Source of the DNA: an uncultured Chloroflexia bacterium | Lineage (GTDB): Bacteria; Chloroflexota; Limnocylindria; Limnocylindrales; CSP1-4 | Length of the DNA stretch: 64,000 nucleotides | NCBI GenBank assembly: GCA_963752475.1 | Contig: CAVVYR010000032.1 | Location: 1 to 64,000, forward strand | Reading direction: 5' to 3' | Part shown: one piece after another, positions 19,028 through 29,089 of the stretch | Position numbering within the stretch: position 1 is the stretch's first letter | Layout: every line of letters begins with the position of its first letter | Notes under the pieces: generated by a model | The model's database searches: none | Told to the model about the DNA's origin: nothing | Seen by the model: only the letters and a program-made list of their open reading frames with translations | Translations under genes and position numbers: made by a program

Positions 19028-20246
19028 CTACCCGGGGGAGCCCGTCTCGACCTCTTGGACGAGGGCGACGGCCTGGTCGTAGCTCGACACCATGGGGTTC
19101 GCCAGCATGGCCCGGAGCCGATCGTCGTGCGAAGCGCCAGGCTCGGTCGCCGCCGCCGCCATGGCCTCGTAGGCGGCGTGCTCTGCGAGGAGCTGTGCCG
19201 GCAGGGGCGGCAGGGGCGGTACGGGCACGGCCTCTGCCTGGCGAGGCCTGGGGAAGCGGACCGGACCTTCCGTGATGACCGCATCCGGCAGCCCGGGGAT
19301 GCGTCCGTCGTTGCGCATGCCCAGGAGCAGCACATCGTCGGACCCGTTGGACCAGGCATCGACGAGCGGCAGCACGGCCTTGCGGTACCACACGGCCCCC
19401 CGGCTAGGGCAGGTCCACCTGTCCGTCAGCGTAGCCCTGCAGCAACTCCGCTTCCAGCCGCTGGAGCTGCTGCGCTCTCGTTTCGCTCGCGGCCTGCTGG
19501 GTGGTGAGGATGCGATCGGGGTTCAGGTAGTAGCGCACGTATGGCGCCCCCACCGCACCCTGCATTCGGACCGCGTCGGGGTCCTGGCCGGTGACGAGGT
19601 CCAACGTCGCCTCCAGAGCCTCGTCATCGGCGGGAGTCCACCAACCCATGTGGTTCATACCCTGATAGCGCAGACGCACGTCGGCCGGCGAGATCCCCAG
19701 CCGCTCCGCGATGGCGTCGCAGAAGACCAGCGGTGAGTCGCAGACGGAGTAGACGGGGGCGCCGTAGGCCTCCTGCAGGGCTGCGACCACGATGCCCGAC
19801 GGGTTGGTCAGGTTGATATGCAGTGCGTCGGGCGCGACCTCCCGCACGGTCTCCCAGTAGCGACGCACGACCGGCACCGTTCGCAGCGCGTTGGCCAGGC
19901 CACCGGGACCCATGGTCTCCTCGCCCGGGCAGTCGTGTCGCTGCGGGTACGACTCATCGAACACGCGCGCGGCGAGACCGCCGATGCGCACCGCGTTGAG
20001 GACCACCTCCGCCCCCTCGAGGGCAGCCGCCAGATCGGTCTCGGTCCGCACCTCCACCGAAGTCCCCTCGAGTCCGGCAGCACGGCGCCGCATCTCGGCG
20101 GCGACGAGTTCGAGACGCTCGGGCGAACGGCCGTGCAGGATCAACTCCAGCGGGGGTCGGCGATCCTCGCCGCCCGGCCAGTCGGCGAGCGCATCGGCCA
20201 GCTCGGGTGTGGCGGAGGCCGATCCGCCCAGGATCACGAAGCGCAT
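19028..20246 (-). CDS. GH4 NAD-dependent (phospho)glycosidase, 1-nt frameshift at about 19406
   Basis: ILGGSA, GEETMGPGG, NLTNPSG, VCDSP, GMNH; removing one C in CCCTAG joins the two ORFs (..LPSRGAVWY..). Confidence 0.88.
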
Positions 20247-20249
20247 GGT

Positions 20250-21404
20250 TCAGCCCTCGGCGTAGAAGTCGTTGATGGCGGCCGCGACGCGATCGACCTC
20301 GCCATCGGTCAGCTCAGCGAACATCGGCAGGCAGAGCACGCGTCCGTAGAGCGACCGTGCCACGGCCATGTCATCGGCGGCCCGCCACGGCTGTTCCTGG
20401 TAGGCCCCCTGGTCGGGCACCGCCTTGGGATACATGATCTGGGTGCGCACGCCACGACCCTCGAGGTAGGCCATGAGCTCTTCGCGCCGCGGGGCCAGCA
20501 CCGTGTACTGGTAGTAGGCGTGTCGACCGGTGGCATCACGCACGGGCAGCTGCAGCGGCGTGTCCGCGAGCAGCTCGTCGTAGCGAGCGGCCACCCGCCG
20601 GCGTCCGGCGAGCTGGTCCTCCATCCCGCGCAGCTTGATGCGCAGGAACGCGGCCTGCATCTCATCGAGCCGTTCCTGGAACCCGAGGATGAGGTGCTCG
20701 TGCTTGGTGCCGGCCTGGCCCATGTAGCGCAGCTGGCGCACTCGTGCGGCGAGGTCATCGTCCGAGGTCGTGATGAAGCCGCCGTCGCCGAGGGCCCCGA
20801 GGAGCTTGGCCGGGTAGAAGCTGAAGGCCGCGATGTCGCCCAGGCTCCCGGCCTTGCGATCTCCGAGGGTGGCACCGTGCGCATGGGCCGCATCCTCGAG
20901 GATGGGCACGCCCGGCGCTGCCTCGCGCACGGCATCGACGTCGACGCAGCCACCGTACATGTGGACCGGCACGATGGCCTTGGTGCGGTCGCTCAGCGCA
21001 CCCTTCACGCGCGCGGGGTCCATGTTGTAGGTCAGCGGGTCGACGTCCACGAAGACGGGCGTGGCACCGGTGTAGCTGATGGCGAAGACCGTGGCGATGT
21101 AGGTGTTGGGTACGGTGATGACCTCGTCGCCAGGACCGACGCCCAGCGCGCGCAGCGCGAGGTGGAGCGCGGCAGTGCCGCTACTGATGCCGACGCCGTG
21201 GCTGCTGTCGCTGTAGGCCGCGAACTCCTCCTCGAAGGCCGCCAGGTGCTTGCCCAGCGTGTACTTGCCCACGGGCAGGCAATCCTCGAAGGCCGCGCGC
21301 AGCTCGTCGGCGATAGCGGCGTGCCAACGCGTCAGGTTCTCGGGCGGGATGACCGGCAGGTCGACATCCGCGTCGGCTTCGGTGGGCGTGGCTGGCGTGG
21401 TCAT
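20250..21404 (-). CDS. DegT/DnrJ/EryC1/StrS sugar aminotransferase
   Basis: SSGTAALHLAL, EDAAHAHG, FSFYPAKLLGALGDGG. Confidence 0.92.
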   Translation of the reverse strand: MTTPATPTEADADVDLPVIPPENLTRWHAAIADELRAAFEDCLPVGKYTLGKHLAAFEEEFAAYSDSSHGVGISSGTAALHLALRALGVGPGDEVITVPNTYIATVFAISYTGATPVFVDVDPLTYNMDPARVKGALSDRTKAIVPVHMYGGCVDVDAVREAAPGVPILEDAAHAHGATLGDRKAGSLGDIAAFSFYPAKLLGALGDGGFITTSDDDLAARVRQLRYMGQAGTKHEHLILGFQERLDEMQAAFLRIKLRGMEDQLAGRRRVAARYDELLADTPLQLPVRDATGRHAYYQYTVLAPRREELMAYLEGRGVRTQIMYPKAVPDQGAYQEQPWRAADDMAVARSLYGRVLCLPMFAELTDGEVDRVAAAINDFYAEG

Positions 21405-21450
21405 CGGTGTCCTCCTGCTGGGAACGGCGGGTGAGGGTGAGGTCGGTCGG

Positions 21451-22470
21451 TCATGGGAGGGTGTCGAGCAGTGCCGCGACACGATCGGCATCGATGGTCG
21501 TCTCGTCGACGATGGAGTGCGGCAGGCCGGCGGCTCTGACGAAGCGCGGCAGGTCCAGCAACACGGCTTCGAGGGTGGCGTGGTCGAGACCCAGCTGCCC
21601 GGGACGCCACTCCACCCCACAGCGGTCGAGGAAGGCGGCGGCACGCGCCTGGTCATGGTCCTGCAGGCCGGACATCAAGACGGTCCCCAGGCCGATGAGC
21701 TCCCCGTGCACGAACGATCGGCCCGTGTGGGCCTCGGCGGCGTAGCCGAAGTAGTGCTCCGAGCCCTCCTCCGGTCCGCTGTGGCCGACGGTCAGCAGTA
21801 GCGCGTTGACCTCGACGTAGGCGCGGATGATGAACTCGAGGGCTCCGTGCGTGACAGCCGCGACGGCATCGGCCTGGTCATAGAGCCGTTCGAGGACCGC
21901 GGCGGCGGCGGCATCGACCTCGTCATCGAAGTCGATCTTGCCCGACTTGGCGCCCAGGGCCCAGTCGAAGCGGCCGGTCTGGATCGATAGCAGGTCTCCC
22001 ACACCGGCTCGGTTGAGCCGTGGGGGTGCGGTGGCGATGAGCTCGAGGTCCGCGATGATGGGATCGGCCACGACGAAGCCGTCGTACTCCACGGTGCCCT
22101 TGCGCCTGACGGCCACGGTGTTGGTGACCGACGCATCGACGCTGATGATACTGGGGGCGAGGACGAGTGGCGTCTCGCTCCGCCAGGCCAGGTACTTGGC
22201 CGTGTCCATGACCACACCACCCCCCAGACCGACGATGTGGTCCACCGTGGCAAGGTCCGCGACCAGGCGCTCCAGGTCTGCTTCGTCGAGCGAACTGTTG
22301 AGGATCGTGGTAGCGGCGCCATCGGTGACGGAGGCCGGCACGTTGGCCAGCGGTTCCGCCTGTGTCACCAGCGCGTATGACCCGCCAAGAGCTGCGATCT
22401 GAGGGGCGAGGTTCCCGCGACCCACGCGCAGGTCCGGCCGCTTGGCACGTTCGAGCAGTTCCTGATCCAT
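21451..22470 (-). CDS. Glycerol-1-phosphate dehydrogenase-like (AraM/EgsA family) enzyme
   Basis: GLGGGVVMDTAKY, SVDA, AGVGD, GSEH, HGE. Confidence 0.8.
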   Translation of the reverse strand: MDQELLERAKRPDLRVGRGNLAPQIAALGGSYALVTQAEPLANVPASVTDGAATTILNSSLDEADLERLVADLATVDHIVGLGGGVVMDTAKYLAWRSETPLVLAPSIISVDASVTNTVAVRRKGTVEYDGFVVADPIIADLELIATAPPRLNRAGVGDLLSIQTGRFDWALGAKSGKIDFDDEVDAAAAAVLERLYDQADAVAAVTHGALEFIIRAYVEVNALLLTVGHSGPEEGSEHYFGYAAEAHTGRSFVHGELIGLGTVLMSGLQDHDQARAAAFLDRCGVEWRPGQLGLDHATLEAVLLDLPRFVRAAGLPHSIVDETTIDADRVAALLDTLP

Positions 22471-22510
22471 GCCTGCAGGATACCAGTCCGGTCACCAGAC
22501 ACGCACATCT

Positions 22511-22552
22511 CAGTCACGAATTGTCCCTATTGTGCGCGAACTGAGCACGAAT
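22511..22552. promoter_or_regulatory. Candidate DeoR operator (direct repeats with CACGAA/CGCGAA core)
   Basis: CAGTCACGAAT, TGTGCGCGAAC, TGAGCACGAAT in the divergent promoter region. Confidence 0.45.
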
Positions 22553-22589
22553 GATTGACACTTCGATACTAGCGGGGCACAATCGAGGC

Positions 22590-23354
22590 ATGGCAGCGAC
22601 GGCTCGCGACGAGGTGGTCATGGACACGCTACGGACGTCCGGAACCGTCAGCGTGACCGACCTCGCGGCCTCCCTGGACGTGACGGAGGCCACCGTGCGA
22701 CGCACCCTCCAGCGGCTCGCCCGCGACGGGAGGGTCATCCGCACCTACGGTGGTGCGACCGTCGCGCATGCCGGCACGGTGCCGGCCTCGGAGCGCGATG
22801 ATCCCGAGATCGAGTACAAGCGGGCCGTCGGCGCGGCCGCTGCCGGGCTGGTCGAGGACGGCTCCACCATCGCGCTCTCCAGCGGCACCACCGTGCTGGA
22901 GATGGCTCGGCGCTTGCGCGGACGGGACCTGACCGTCATCACCAACGCGCTCGATGTGGCCAACGCGCTCCTGGACGCGCCCGGGGTGGAGCTCATCGTC
23001 GTGGGTGGCGTGGTGCTCGGCGGCGTGCACAGCATGCGCGGCCACCTCACCGAGGAGGCACTGCGCGACCTGCGCGCGGACACCGTCTTCATGGGCGTCT
23101 CGGCCATCGATCTCGACACCGGCTTCATGACGGAGCAGGTGCGGGAGATCGCCGTGGACCGAGCCTTGCGCGAGATCGCGCGCGAGGCCGTCATCCTCGC
23201 CGATGCCAGCAAGTTCCACCGCGTCGCGCCCGGCTTCATGTTCGGGTTCAGCAAGGTGCGCACCGTCGTCACCGACGAGCGCGTCGACGAAGCGACCCGC
23301 GAAGCCTTGGAGGGTCGCGCGGTGCGTACGGTCGTCGGCGTCGACGAGCGGTAG
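22590..23354 (+). CDS. DeoR/GlpR transcriptional regulator
   Basis: VTEATVRRTL..RTYGGA, SSGTT, TNA, DASKF. Confidence 0.92.
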   Translation: MAATARDEVVMDTLRTSGTVSVTDLAASLDVTEATVRRTLQRLARDGRVIRTYGGATVAHAGTVPASERDDPEIEYKRAVGAAAAGLVEDGSTIALSSGTTVLEMARRLRGRDLTVITNALDVANALLDAPGVELIVVGGVVLGGVHSMRGHLTEEALRDLRADTVFMGVSAIDLDTGFMTEQVREIAVDRALREIAREAVILADASKFHRVAPGFMFGFSKVRTVVTDERVDEATREALEGRAVRTVVGVDER

Positions 23355-23544
23355 CCGGCCAGATCATGCGCGTAGCCAGCGACGACGGAGCCTGCCATCC
23401 CCAAGGTCCTGGGCGCAGCCGCTGCCCAAGAGGGCCGGTGATCGATCAAGAAGTGAGGCGGAGGCCTCGACGGAGCACGGAGGTGAGTTGACTGGACGAC
23501 GCAGGACGAACGCATCCATCAGGCGAAGAGGAGGTTCCACACAC

Positions 23545-24903
23545 ATGGACAAGCGATCGATGAAGGTGACCGCCGGAGCGGCCACGATGGCTCTCGCAGT
23601 ATCGACGATGTCGGTCGGCGCGGCCACAGCGCAGGATTTCGATTGGCGCGCCCACGAGGGCGAGTCGGTCGTGTTCCTCGCGAACCAGCATCCCTGGACT
23701 GACGGCATGACGTCGCTCCTGGACCAGTTCACGGCCGACACGGGCATCGAAGTCGACGTACAGGCCTTCTCGGAGAGCCTCTACTTCGACAAGATGGAGC
23801 AGACCGTCCGCGCCGCCGAGGGCGAAGCCGACGTCTACTTCCTGCCCATGGATTCCACGGCCTTCACGCAGTACAGCGCCGACGCGGTCGAGCCGCTGTC
23901 ACCGTACCTGGACGACCCCAGCAAGACGTCCCCGGACTACGACTTCGCGGACTTCCCCGATGGCTTCCTGGGTGGCGTGATGTATCCGCCCGGCGCCGAG
24001 GATGCGGAGGCCTACGGCATCCCCATCGCCTTCGAGGCCTACACGCTCTTCTACAACCAGGACCACGTCGACAAGTACCTCGACGGTGTGGTGCCTACCA
24101 CCATGGACGAGCTCATCGCGGCCGCGGCTACGGTCAACGAGGCCGGCGCAGCGGACGGCGTGGCTGGCGCCGTGATGCGCGGTATCCGGTCCGACACCAT
24201 CATGGACACGCTCACCGGTGTCGTGCTCAACGCCGTCGGTGACATGGAGTCCCCGACCCCGTACAACATCTGGTTCGATGGCTCGTGGGACAACCCGCGA
24301 CTCGACGATCCGGCCGTGTGCAAGGGTCTGGCCGACTACGCCGACATGCTGGCTGCCGGCCCGGCCAACAAGTTCGCCATCGACTGGCCGGACGCCAACA
24401 CGCTGTTCCAGCAGGGTCGCGCCGCGTTCTTCATCGATGCCAGCCTCTTCGGTCCCGGCTATGAGGACCCTGAGATGTCCATCGTCGCCGGCAAGACCGG
24501 CTACATGGCGCTGCCTCCGCAGGAGGCCAGTGGCAACTCGCAGACCGGTCACTGGCTGTGGGGCTTGGGCATCCCCAAGAACGCTGCCAACAAGGACGCT
24601 GCCTGGTACTTCTTGCAGTACATGACCAACCCCGCCAACACCGCGGAGATCGGCCAGTTCACCGGTGGCGCTCCGCGCCTGTCGGCCTATGAGGACGCCG
24701 GCTACGTGGACTCGCTGGTGCCGGAGTACGCCGCGACCGTGAACGATGCGATGTCCGACTCGCGCACGACCGTGGTCCTCAAGGAGGGCTGGAAGGACGG
24801 CGCGCTGGCCATCGTCGACACCATGCTGGCGATCGCCGACGGCGAGGACCCCGAGGCCGCCTGCGCGGCCGGCAACGAGGCACTGCTCGCCGCCGTCAAC
24901 TAG
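23545..24903 (+). CDS. CUT1 sugar ABC transporter substrate-binding protein
   Basis: Signal peptide ending ATAQ, LFYN, PTTMDEL, NKDAAWYFLQY; followed by two permeases. Confidence 0.9.
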   Translation: MDKRSMKVTAGAATMALAVSTMSVGAATAQDFDWRAHEGESVVFLANQHPWTDGMTSLLDQFTADTGIEVDVQAFSESLYFDKMEQTVRAAEGEADVYFLPMDSTAFTQYSADAVEPLSPYLDDPSKTSPDYDFADFPDGFLGGVMYPPGAEDAEAYGIPIAFEAYTLFYNQDHVDKYLDGVVPTTMDELIAAAATVNEAGAADGVAGAVMRGIRSDTIMDTLTGVVLNAVGDMESPTPYNIWFDGSWDNPRLDDPAVCKGLADYADMLAAGPANKFAIDWPDANTLFQQGRAAFFIDASLFGPGYEDPEMSIVAGKTGYMALPPQEASGNSQTGHWLWGLGIPKNAANKDAAWYFLQYMTNPANTAEIGQFTGGAPRLSAYEDAGYVDSLVPEYAATVNDAMSDSRTTVVLKEGWKDGALAIVDTMLAIADGEDPEAACAAGNEALLAAVN

Positions 24904-24957
24904 CTTCAGACGAGAACAGTCGTCCGCTCGCCGGCCTGAGTCGGTGAACGGCCTGAG

Positions 24958-24988
24958 CGCTCTGTCCGGGCCCAGCCCGGACAGAGCG
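24958..24988 (+). terminator. Intercistronic stem-loop after the binding-protein gene
   Basis: CGCTCTGTCCGGGC-CCA-GCCCGGACAGAGCG perfect 14-bp stem. Confidence 0.65.
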
Positions 24989-25043
24989 TCATCCATGAAG
25001 GGGACCGCAAGCTGTCCACGCTAGCCACCGGGAACGCCATTCG

Positions 25044-25925
25044 ATGAACCGCGATCGATCGGGAGCGCGCGCTGATCGCGGGACGCGATTCCTCATCCCG
25101 CTGGTGGTGGTGCTGGGCCTGACCTCGCTGTACCCCACGTTGTACTCGCTCTACATGAGCGCGTTCGACTGGAACTGGGGTCAACGCTTCAACTTCGTCG
25201 GCATCGACAACTACATCGAACTCCTCACCAGCGAGCGCTTCCAGATCTCGCTCTGGAACACCTTCGTCTTCACCTTCGGGGCGGTCGCGGTGGAGCTGGT
25301 CCTGGGCATCGGGCTGGCGCTCGTGGTCAATCGCCTGGGCCGCGGTGCCGCCGTCGTACGCACGCTGCTGCTGGTGCCGCTGATGGTCTCGGGCATCATC
25401 GTCGCGCTCATCTGGAAGATCATCCTCGATCCGACCATCGGCCCCGTGAACCTGGTGATCCGACAACTGGGTATCCCGCCACTGGGCTTCCTGGGCGACC
25501 CGGCGATGGGCATGGCTTCGATCATCCTCATCGACACGTGGTGGCAGACCGCCTTCGTCTTCATCGTCTTCTCCGCCGGGTTGCAGGCCCTCCCGCGCGA
25601 ACCGCTGGAGGCGGCCGAAGTGGACGGGGCCGGGTTCTGGGCTCGTCTGCGCTACGTGATCCTGCCCATGCTGAAGCCGATCATCCTGGTCATCCTGCTG
25701 TTCCGCACGATCGACTGCATGAAGGTGTTCGCCCTCATCTTCGGCACTACCGGCGGAGGTCCGTTGACCACCACCGAGTCGGTGCAGGTGCTGGCCTACC
25801 GCATCGCCTTCAAACAGCAAGGCATGAGCCTGTCCATGACCGCCATGGTCATCTTCGCGGTCGTGGTCCTGACGTTGGTCATGGTCATCCGCCGCGCGAG
25901 CCGTGAGCAGCAGGCGCTCGGATGA
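25044..25925 (+). CDS. Sugar ABC permease
   Basis: FVGIDNY, EAAEVDGA motif. Confidence 0.93.
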   Translation: MNRDRSGARADRGTRFLIPLVVVLGLTSLYPTLYSLYMSAFDWNWGQRFNFVGIDNYIELLTSERFQISLWNTFVFTFGAVAVELVLGIGLALVVNRLGRGAAVVRTLLLVPLMVSGIIVALIWKIILDPTIGPVNLVIRQLGIPPLGFLGDPAMGMASIILIDTWWQTAFVFIVFSAGLQALPREPLEAAEVDGAGFWARLRYVILPMLKPIILVILLFRTIDCMKVFALIFGTTGGGPLTTTESVQVLAYRIAFKQQGMSLSMTAMVIFAVVVLTLVMVIRRASREQQALG

Positions 25926-26770
25926 GCAACTCGAACCGCTTGACGCGCGCGACCCGCCGGCGACTGGAGCTCTCCGGGGCCTGGATCGTAGCTATCGGCG
26001 CCATCGGCCTCACGCTCTTCCCGCTGTACTGGCTCTTCCTCATCTCGACCAAGAAGCCGGTCGACGCCTTCAAGACGCCGCCAGACCTCATCTACATCCC
26101 CGACTTCAGCAAATACGCCGAGATCTGGCAGCAGGGCGACTTCGCTGCGGCCTTCTTCAACAGCGTCATCGTGGTGGGGGTCGGCGTCGTGCTGGCGCTC
26201 GTCATCGCGGCGCCGGCGGCCTATGCCATCGTGCGCTTCAGGATCCGGGCCGGCCGCTGGCTGGCGCTGTGGCTGCTGCTGGCCTACGCCCTGCCGGAGT
26301 TCCTCTTCGTCATCCCCATGTACGTGCTGTACCAGCAGATCGGACTCTTCGACACGCAGATCGGCCTGGCCCTCATCTACCAGGTCTTCGCGGTGCCCTT
26401 CGCCGTCTGGCTCATCCAGGCCTTCTTCAGCGAGGTCCCACACGACCTGGGCGACGCCGCACGCGTGGACGGTTGTACCGAGCTGCAGTCGCTGTTGCGG
26501 GTGTACCTGCCGTTGGCCGCGCCGGGCATCGCGGCCACGGGCATCCTCGTGGGCATCGTGATGTGGAACGAGGTCACCATCGCGCTGTCCCTCACGTTCG
26601 ATGAATCGAGGACCGTGACCATCGCCGTCGCCGGCTACCGCGGGTACGCCGCCATGCGCTGGCAGGAGATGGCCGCCGCCTCGATGACCGCCATCGTCCC
26701 CATGCTCTTCTTCGCCCTCGTGGCACAGCGCTATCTCGTCAAGGGCCTCACATTCGGAGCAGTGAAATGA
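25922..26770 (+). CDS. Sugar ABC permease
   Basis: DAARVDGC (EAA-like), WNE. Confidence 0.93.
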   Translation: MSNSNRLTRATRRRLELSGAWIVAIGAIGLTLFPLYWLFLISTKKPVDAFKTPPDLIYIPDFSKYAEIWQQGDFAAAFFNSVIVVGVGVVLALVIAAPAAYAIVRFRIRAGRWLALWLLLAYALPEFLFVIPMYVLYQQIGLFDTQIGLALIYQVFAVPFAVWLIQAFFSEVPHDLGDAARVDGCTELQSLLRVYLPLAAPGIAATGILVGIVMWNEVTIALSLTFDESRTVTIAVAGYRGYAAMRWQEMAAASMTAIVPMLFFALVAQRYLVKGLTFGAVK

Positions 26771-27561
26771 CTGAATCCCAAGCATTGGTGGGCCGTCGCG
26801 CCCTCGTCACCGGCGCGGGCCGGGGCATCGGCCGGGCCATCGCGGTCCGCCTCGCGCAAGACGGCGCCGCTGTCGTCGTCAACGACGTCAACGACGAGAC
26901 CGCGACCGCGACCGCGGAGGCCATCCGCAGCGCCGGCGGCCGAGCCAAGACAGCCGTGGGCGACCTGGCTGCGACCGCTGGCGTCCACGCTGTGTGCGAT
27001 GCCGCGGTCGAGCACCTCGGCGGCATCGACATCCTCGTCAACAACGCCGGCATCTCGCTCTATCGCGCCATCGTCGATTGCAGCGAGGATGATTGGGACG
27101 CCCATCTCGACATCATGGCCAAGGCCACGTTCCTCTCGATGCGCCGGCTGGCGCCGGCGATGATGGAACGCGGTTGGGGCCGCATCGTCAACCTGGGCTC
27201 GTACGTGGCCCAGTTCAACTGCACCACCAAGTACTTCGGCCCCTACTGCGCGGCCAAGTTCGCCATCGTCGGACTGACCCAGGTCGCGGCCCAGGAGTTC
27301 GCACCCGCGGTCACCGTCAACGCTATCGGACCCGGGGACGTGGAGACCGAGATGATGGAGATCGAGTGGGTGCAGGAGGGCGAGCGCCGCGGCATCACCC
27401 CGGCAGAGGTCAAGGAGGAGTACCGGCAGCGGCTCATCATGGAGCGCCTGGAGGGGCCCGACGACATCGCCGGTGCGGTGGCCTTCCTGTGCACCCCAGC
27501 CGCCAACCAGATCACCGCCAGCCACCTCATCGTCAGCGGCGGCCTCCCCTACCACCACTGA
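26767..27561 (+). CDS. SDR oxidoreductase
   Basis: TGAGRGIG, NNAG, YCAAK. Confidence 0.92.
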   Translation: MTESQALVGRRALVTGAGRGIGRAIAVRLAQDGAAVVVNDVNDETATATAEAIRSAGGRAKTAVGDLAATAGVHAVCDAAVEHLGGIDILVNNAGISLYRAIVDCSEDDWDAHLDIMAKATFLSMRRLAPAMMERGWGRIVNLGSYVAQFNCTTKYFGPYCAAKFAIVGLTQVAAQEFAPAVTVNAIGPGDVETEMMEIEWVQEGERRGITPAEVKEEYRQRLIMERLEGPDDIAGAVAFLCTPAANQITASHLIVSGGLPYHH

Positions 27562-27579
27562 CCGAGACGAGCGCTGGGA

Positions 27580-29034
27580 TCAGGCGCGGCCCTCGACCTC
27601 CCTGAGCGCCGGGTAGAGGGCGCGGTAACGCGCGTAGCCGGAGTCATAGGCGGCGTGAGGCCGGGGCTCGATGATGTCGCCCGGCTCGACGAAGCGCTCG
27701 ATGTCCGACCAGGCCTCGAAGGCGCCGACGCCGATGCCGGCCACGAAGGCCACGCCCAGGGCCGAGCCCGGATGTGAGCGCAGCGTCTCGAGCGGCAGAC
27801 CCATGACGTCGGCGGTGACCTGTGGCCAGAGCGCGGAGCGGGCACCACCGTTGGTGACGCGCACGCGCCGCGGCTGCAGGCCCAGCTCGGCGAAGACGTC
27901 GAGGTGGTGCCGGAAGCCGTAGGCGATCGACTCCAGCACGGCGCGGAACAGGTCGCCGCGCCGGTGTGACAGGGAGAGGCCGGAGAAGACACCGCGGGCC
28001 TCAGGGTCGTTGAGCGGGGTCTTCTCTCCCAGCATGTAGGGCAGGGCCACGACGCCACCCGCGCCCGGTCCCGCCGCGTCAGCCTCGGCATCGAGCACGT
28101 CGAGTGCCTCACCGCCGGCCAGCTCACGCTGGAACCAGCGGATGAAGCTGCCCGAGGAGGCCATGCAACCGTTGGGCAGGTACAGGCCCGGCGAGAGGTG
28201 CATATCCAGGTAGAGCCGCTCATCGGTCACCGGTACCGACGTCGTGAGCAGGATGTCGCCGGCCCCGCCCAGCTTCACCAGCAGGTCGCCCTCGCGCACG
28301 AGCCCGGCGGCGAAGGCCGAGGCCACGTGGTCGGCGCTGCCGGCGACGACGGGCGTTCCTTCTCGCAGTCCGGTCAACGCTGCTGCCGAGGCGGTCACCT
28401 GCCCCACCACGTCATGCGGGCGTCGGACCGGCGGCAGGAGGTCGGCGTCCAACCCGGCGGCGGCCACGACATCAGGTGCCCAGGCCGCGCTGTCGAGGTC
28501 ATACAGTCCGCTCTCGACGGCCCAGTTGAGCTCGACCGAGCGCTCCCCGGTCAGGCGGCCGACCATGGCGTCGTACGAGCCGCAGACCGTGGCCGCTCCG
28601 TCCAGCGCGGCCGGTTCGTGACGTGCCAGCCAGCGGATGGTCGGGGCCACCGACTGCTGCGTGATGGGCGACCCGGTCCGCCGCAGGATGTCTGCTCCCG
28701 CGAGTCCTGCCTGGAGCTCCGCGATCTCGCTCGTCGCGCGTGCGTCGTTCTGCTGGATGGATCGGCGAAGCGGTCGACCATCAGGATCGAGCAGCACGAC
28801 GCAGGGAACCATGCCGCTGACGCCGACCGCGTCGGGCTGGCGCTCGGCCGTCAGGCCGCGAGTCAGGGCGGCCAGGTTGGCCCACCACTCCTCCACCTCC
28901 TCCTCGGCCCAGCCGGGATGGTCGGAGTGGAGCGTGGTCGGCTGCTGGGCTTCGGCCAGAAGGCCGCGTCGGTCGTCGAGCAGGACCGCCTTGGTGGCGG
29001 TGGTGCCGATGTCGACCCCGAGGAACACACTCAC
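27580..29034 (-). CDS. FGGY carbohydrate kinase (xylulokinase-like)
   Basis: GVDIGTTATK, GSADH, PYMLGEKTP, NGGARS. Confidence 0.9.
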   Translation of the reverse strand: MSVFLGVDIGTTATKAVLLDDRRGLLAEAQQPTTLHSDHPGWAEEEVEEWWANLAALTRGLTAERQPDAVGVSGMVPCVVLLDPDGRPLRRSIQQNDARATSEIAELQAGLAGADILRRTGSPITQQSVAPTIRWLARHEPAALDGAATVCGSYDAMVGRLTGERSVELNWAVESGLYDLDSAAWAPDVVAAAGLDADLLPPVRRPHDVVGQVTASAAALTGLREGTPVVAGSADHVASAFAAGLVREGDLLVKLGGAGDILLTTSVPVTDERLYLDMHLSPGLYLPNGCMASSGSFIRWFQRELAGGEALDVLDAEADAAGPGAGGVVALPYMLGEKTPLNDPEARGVFSGLSLSHRRGDLFRAVLESIAYGFRHHLDVFAELGLQPRRVRVTNGGARSALWPQVTADVMGLPLETLRSHPGSALGVAFVAGIGVGAFEAWSDIERFVEPGDIIEPRPHAAYDSGYARYRALYPALREVEGRA

Positions 29035-29089
29035 GACGCCAGCATAGGCTCGCGCGGACGATGGCGGGCGACTCCGCGCCCTCGGTCGT

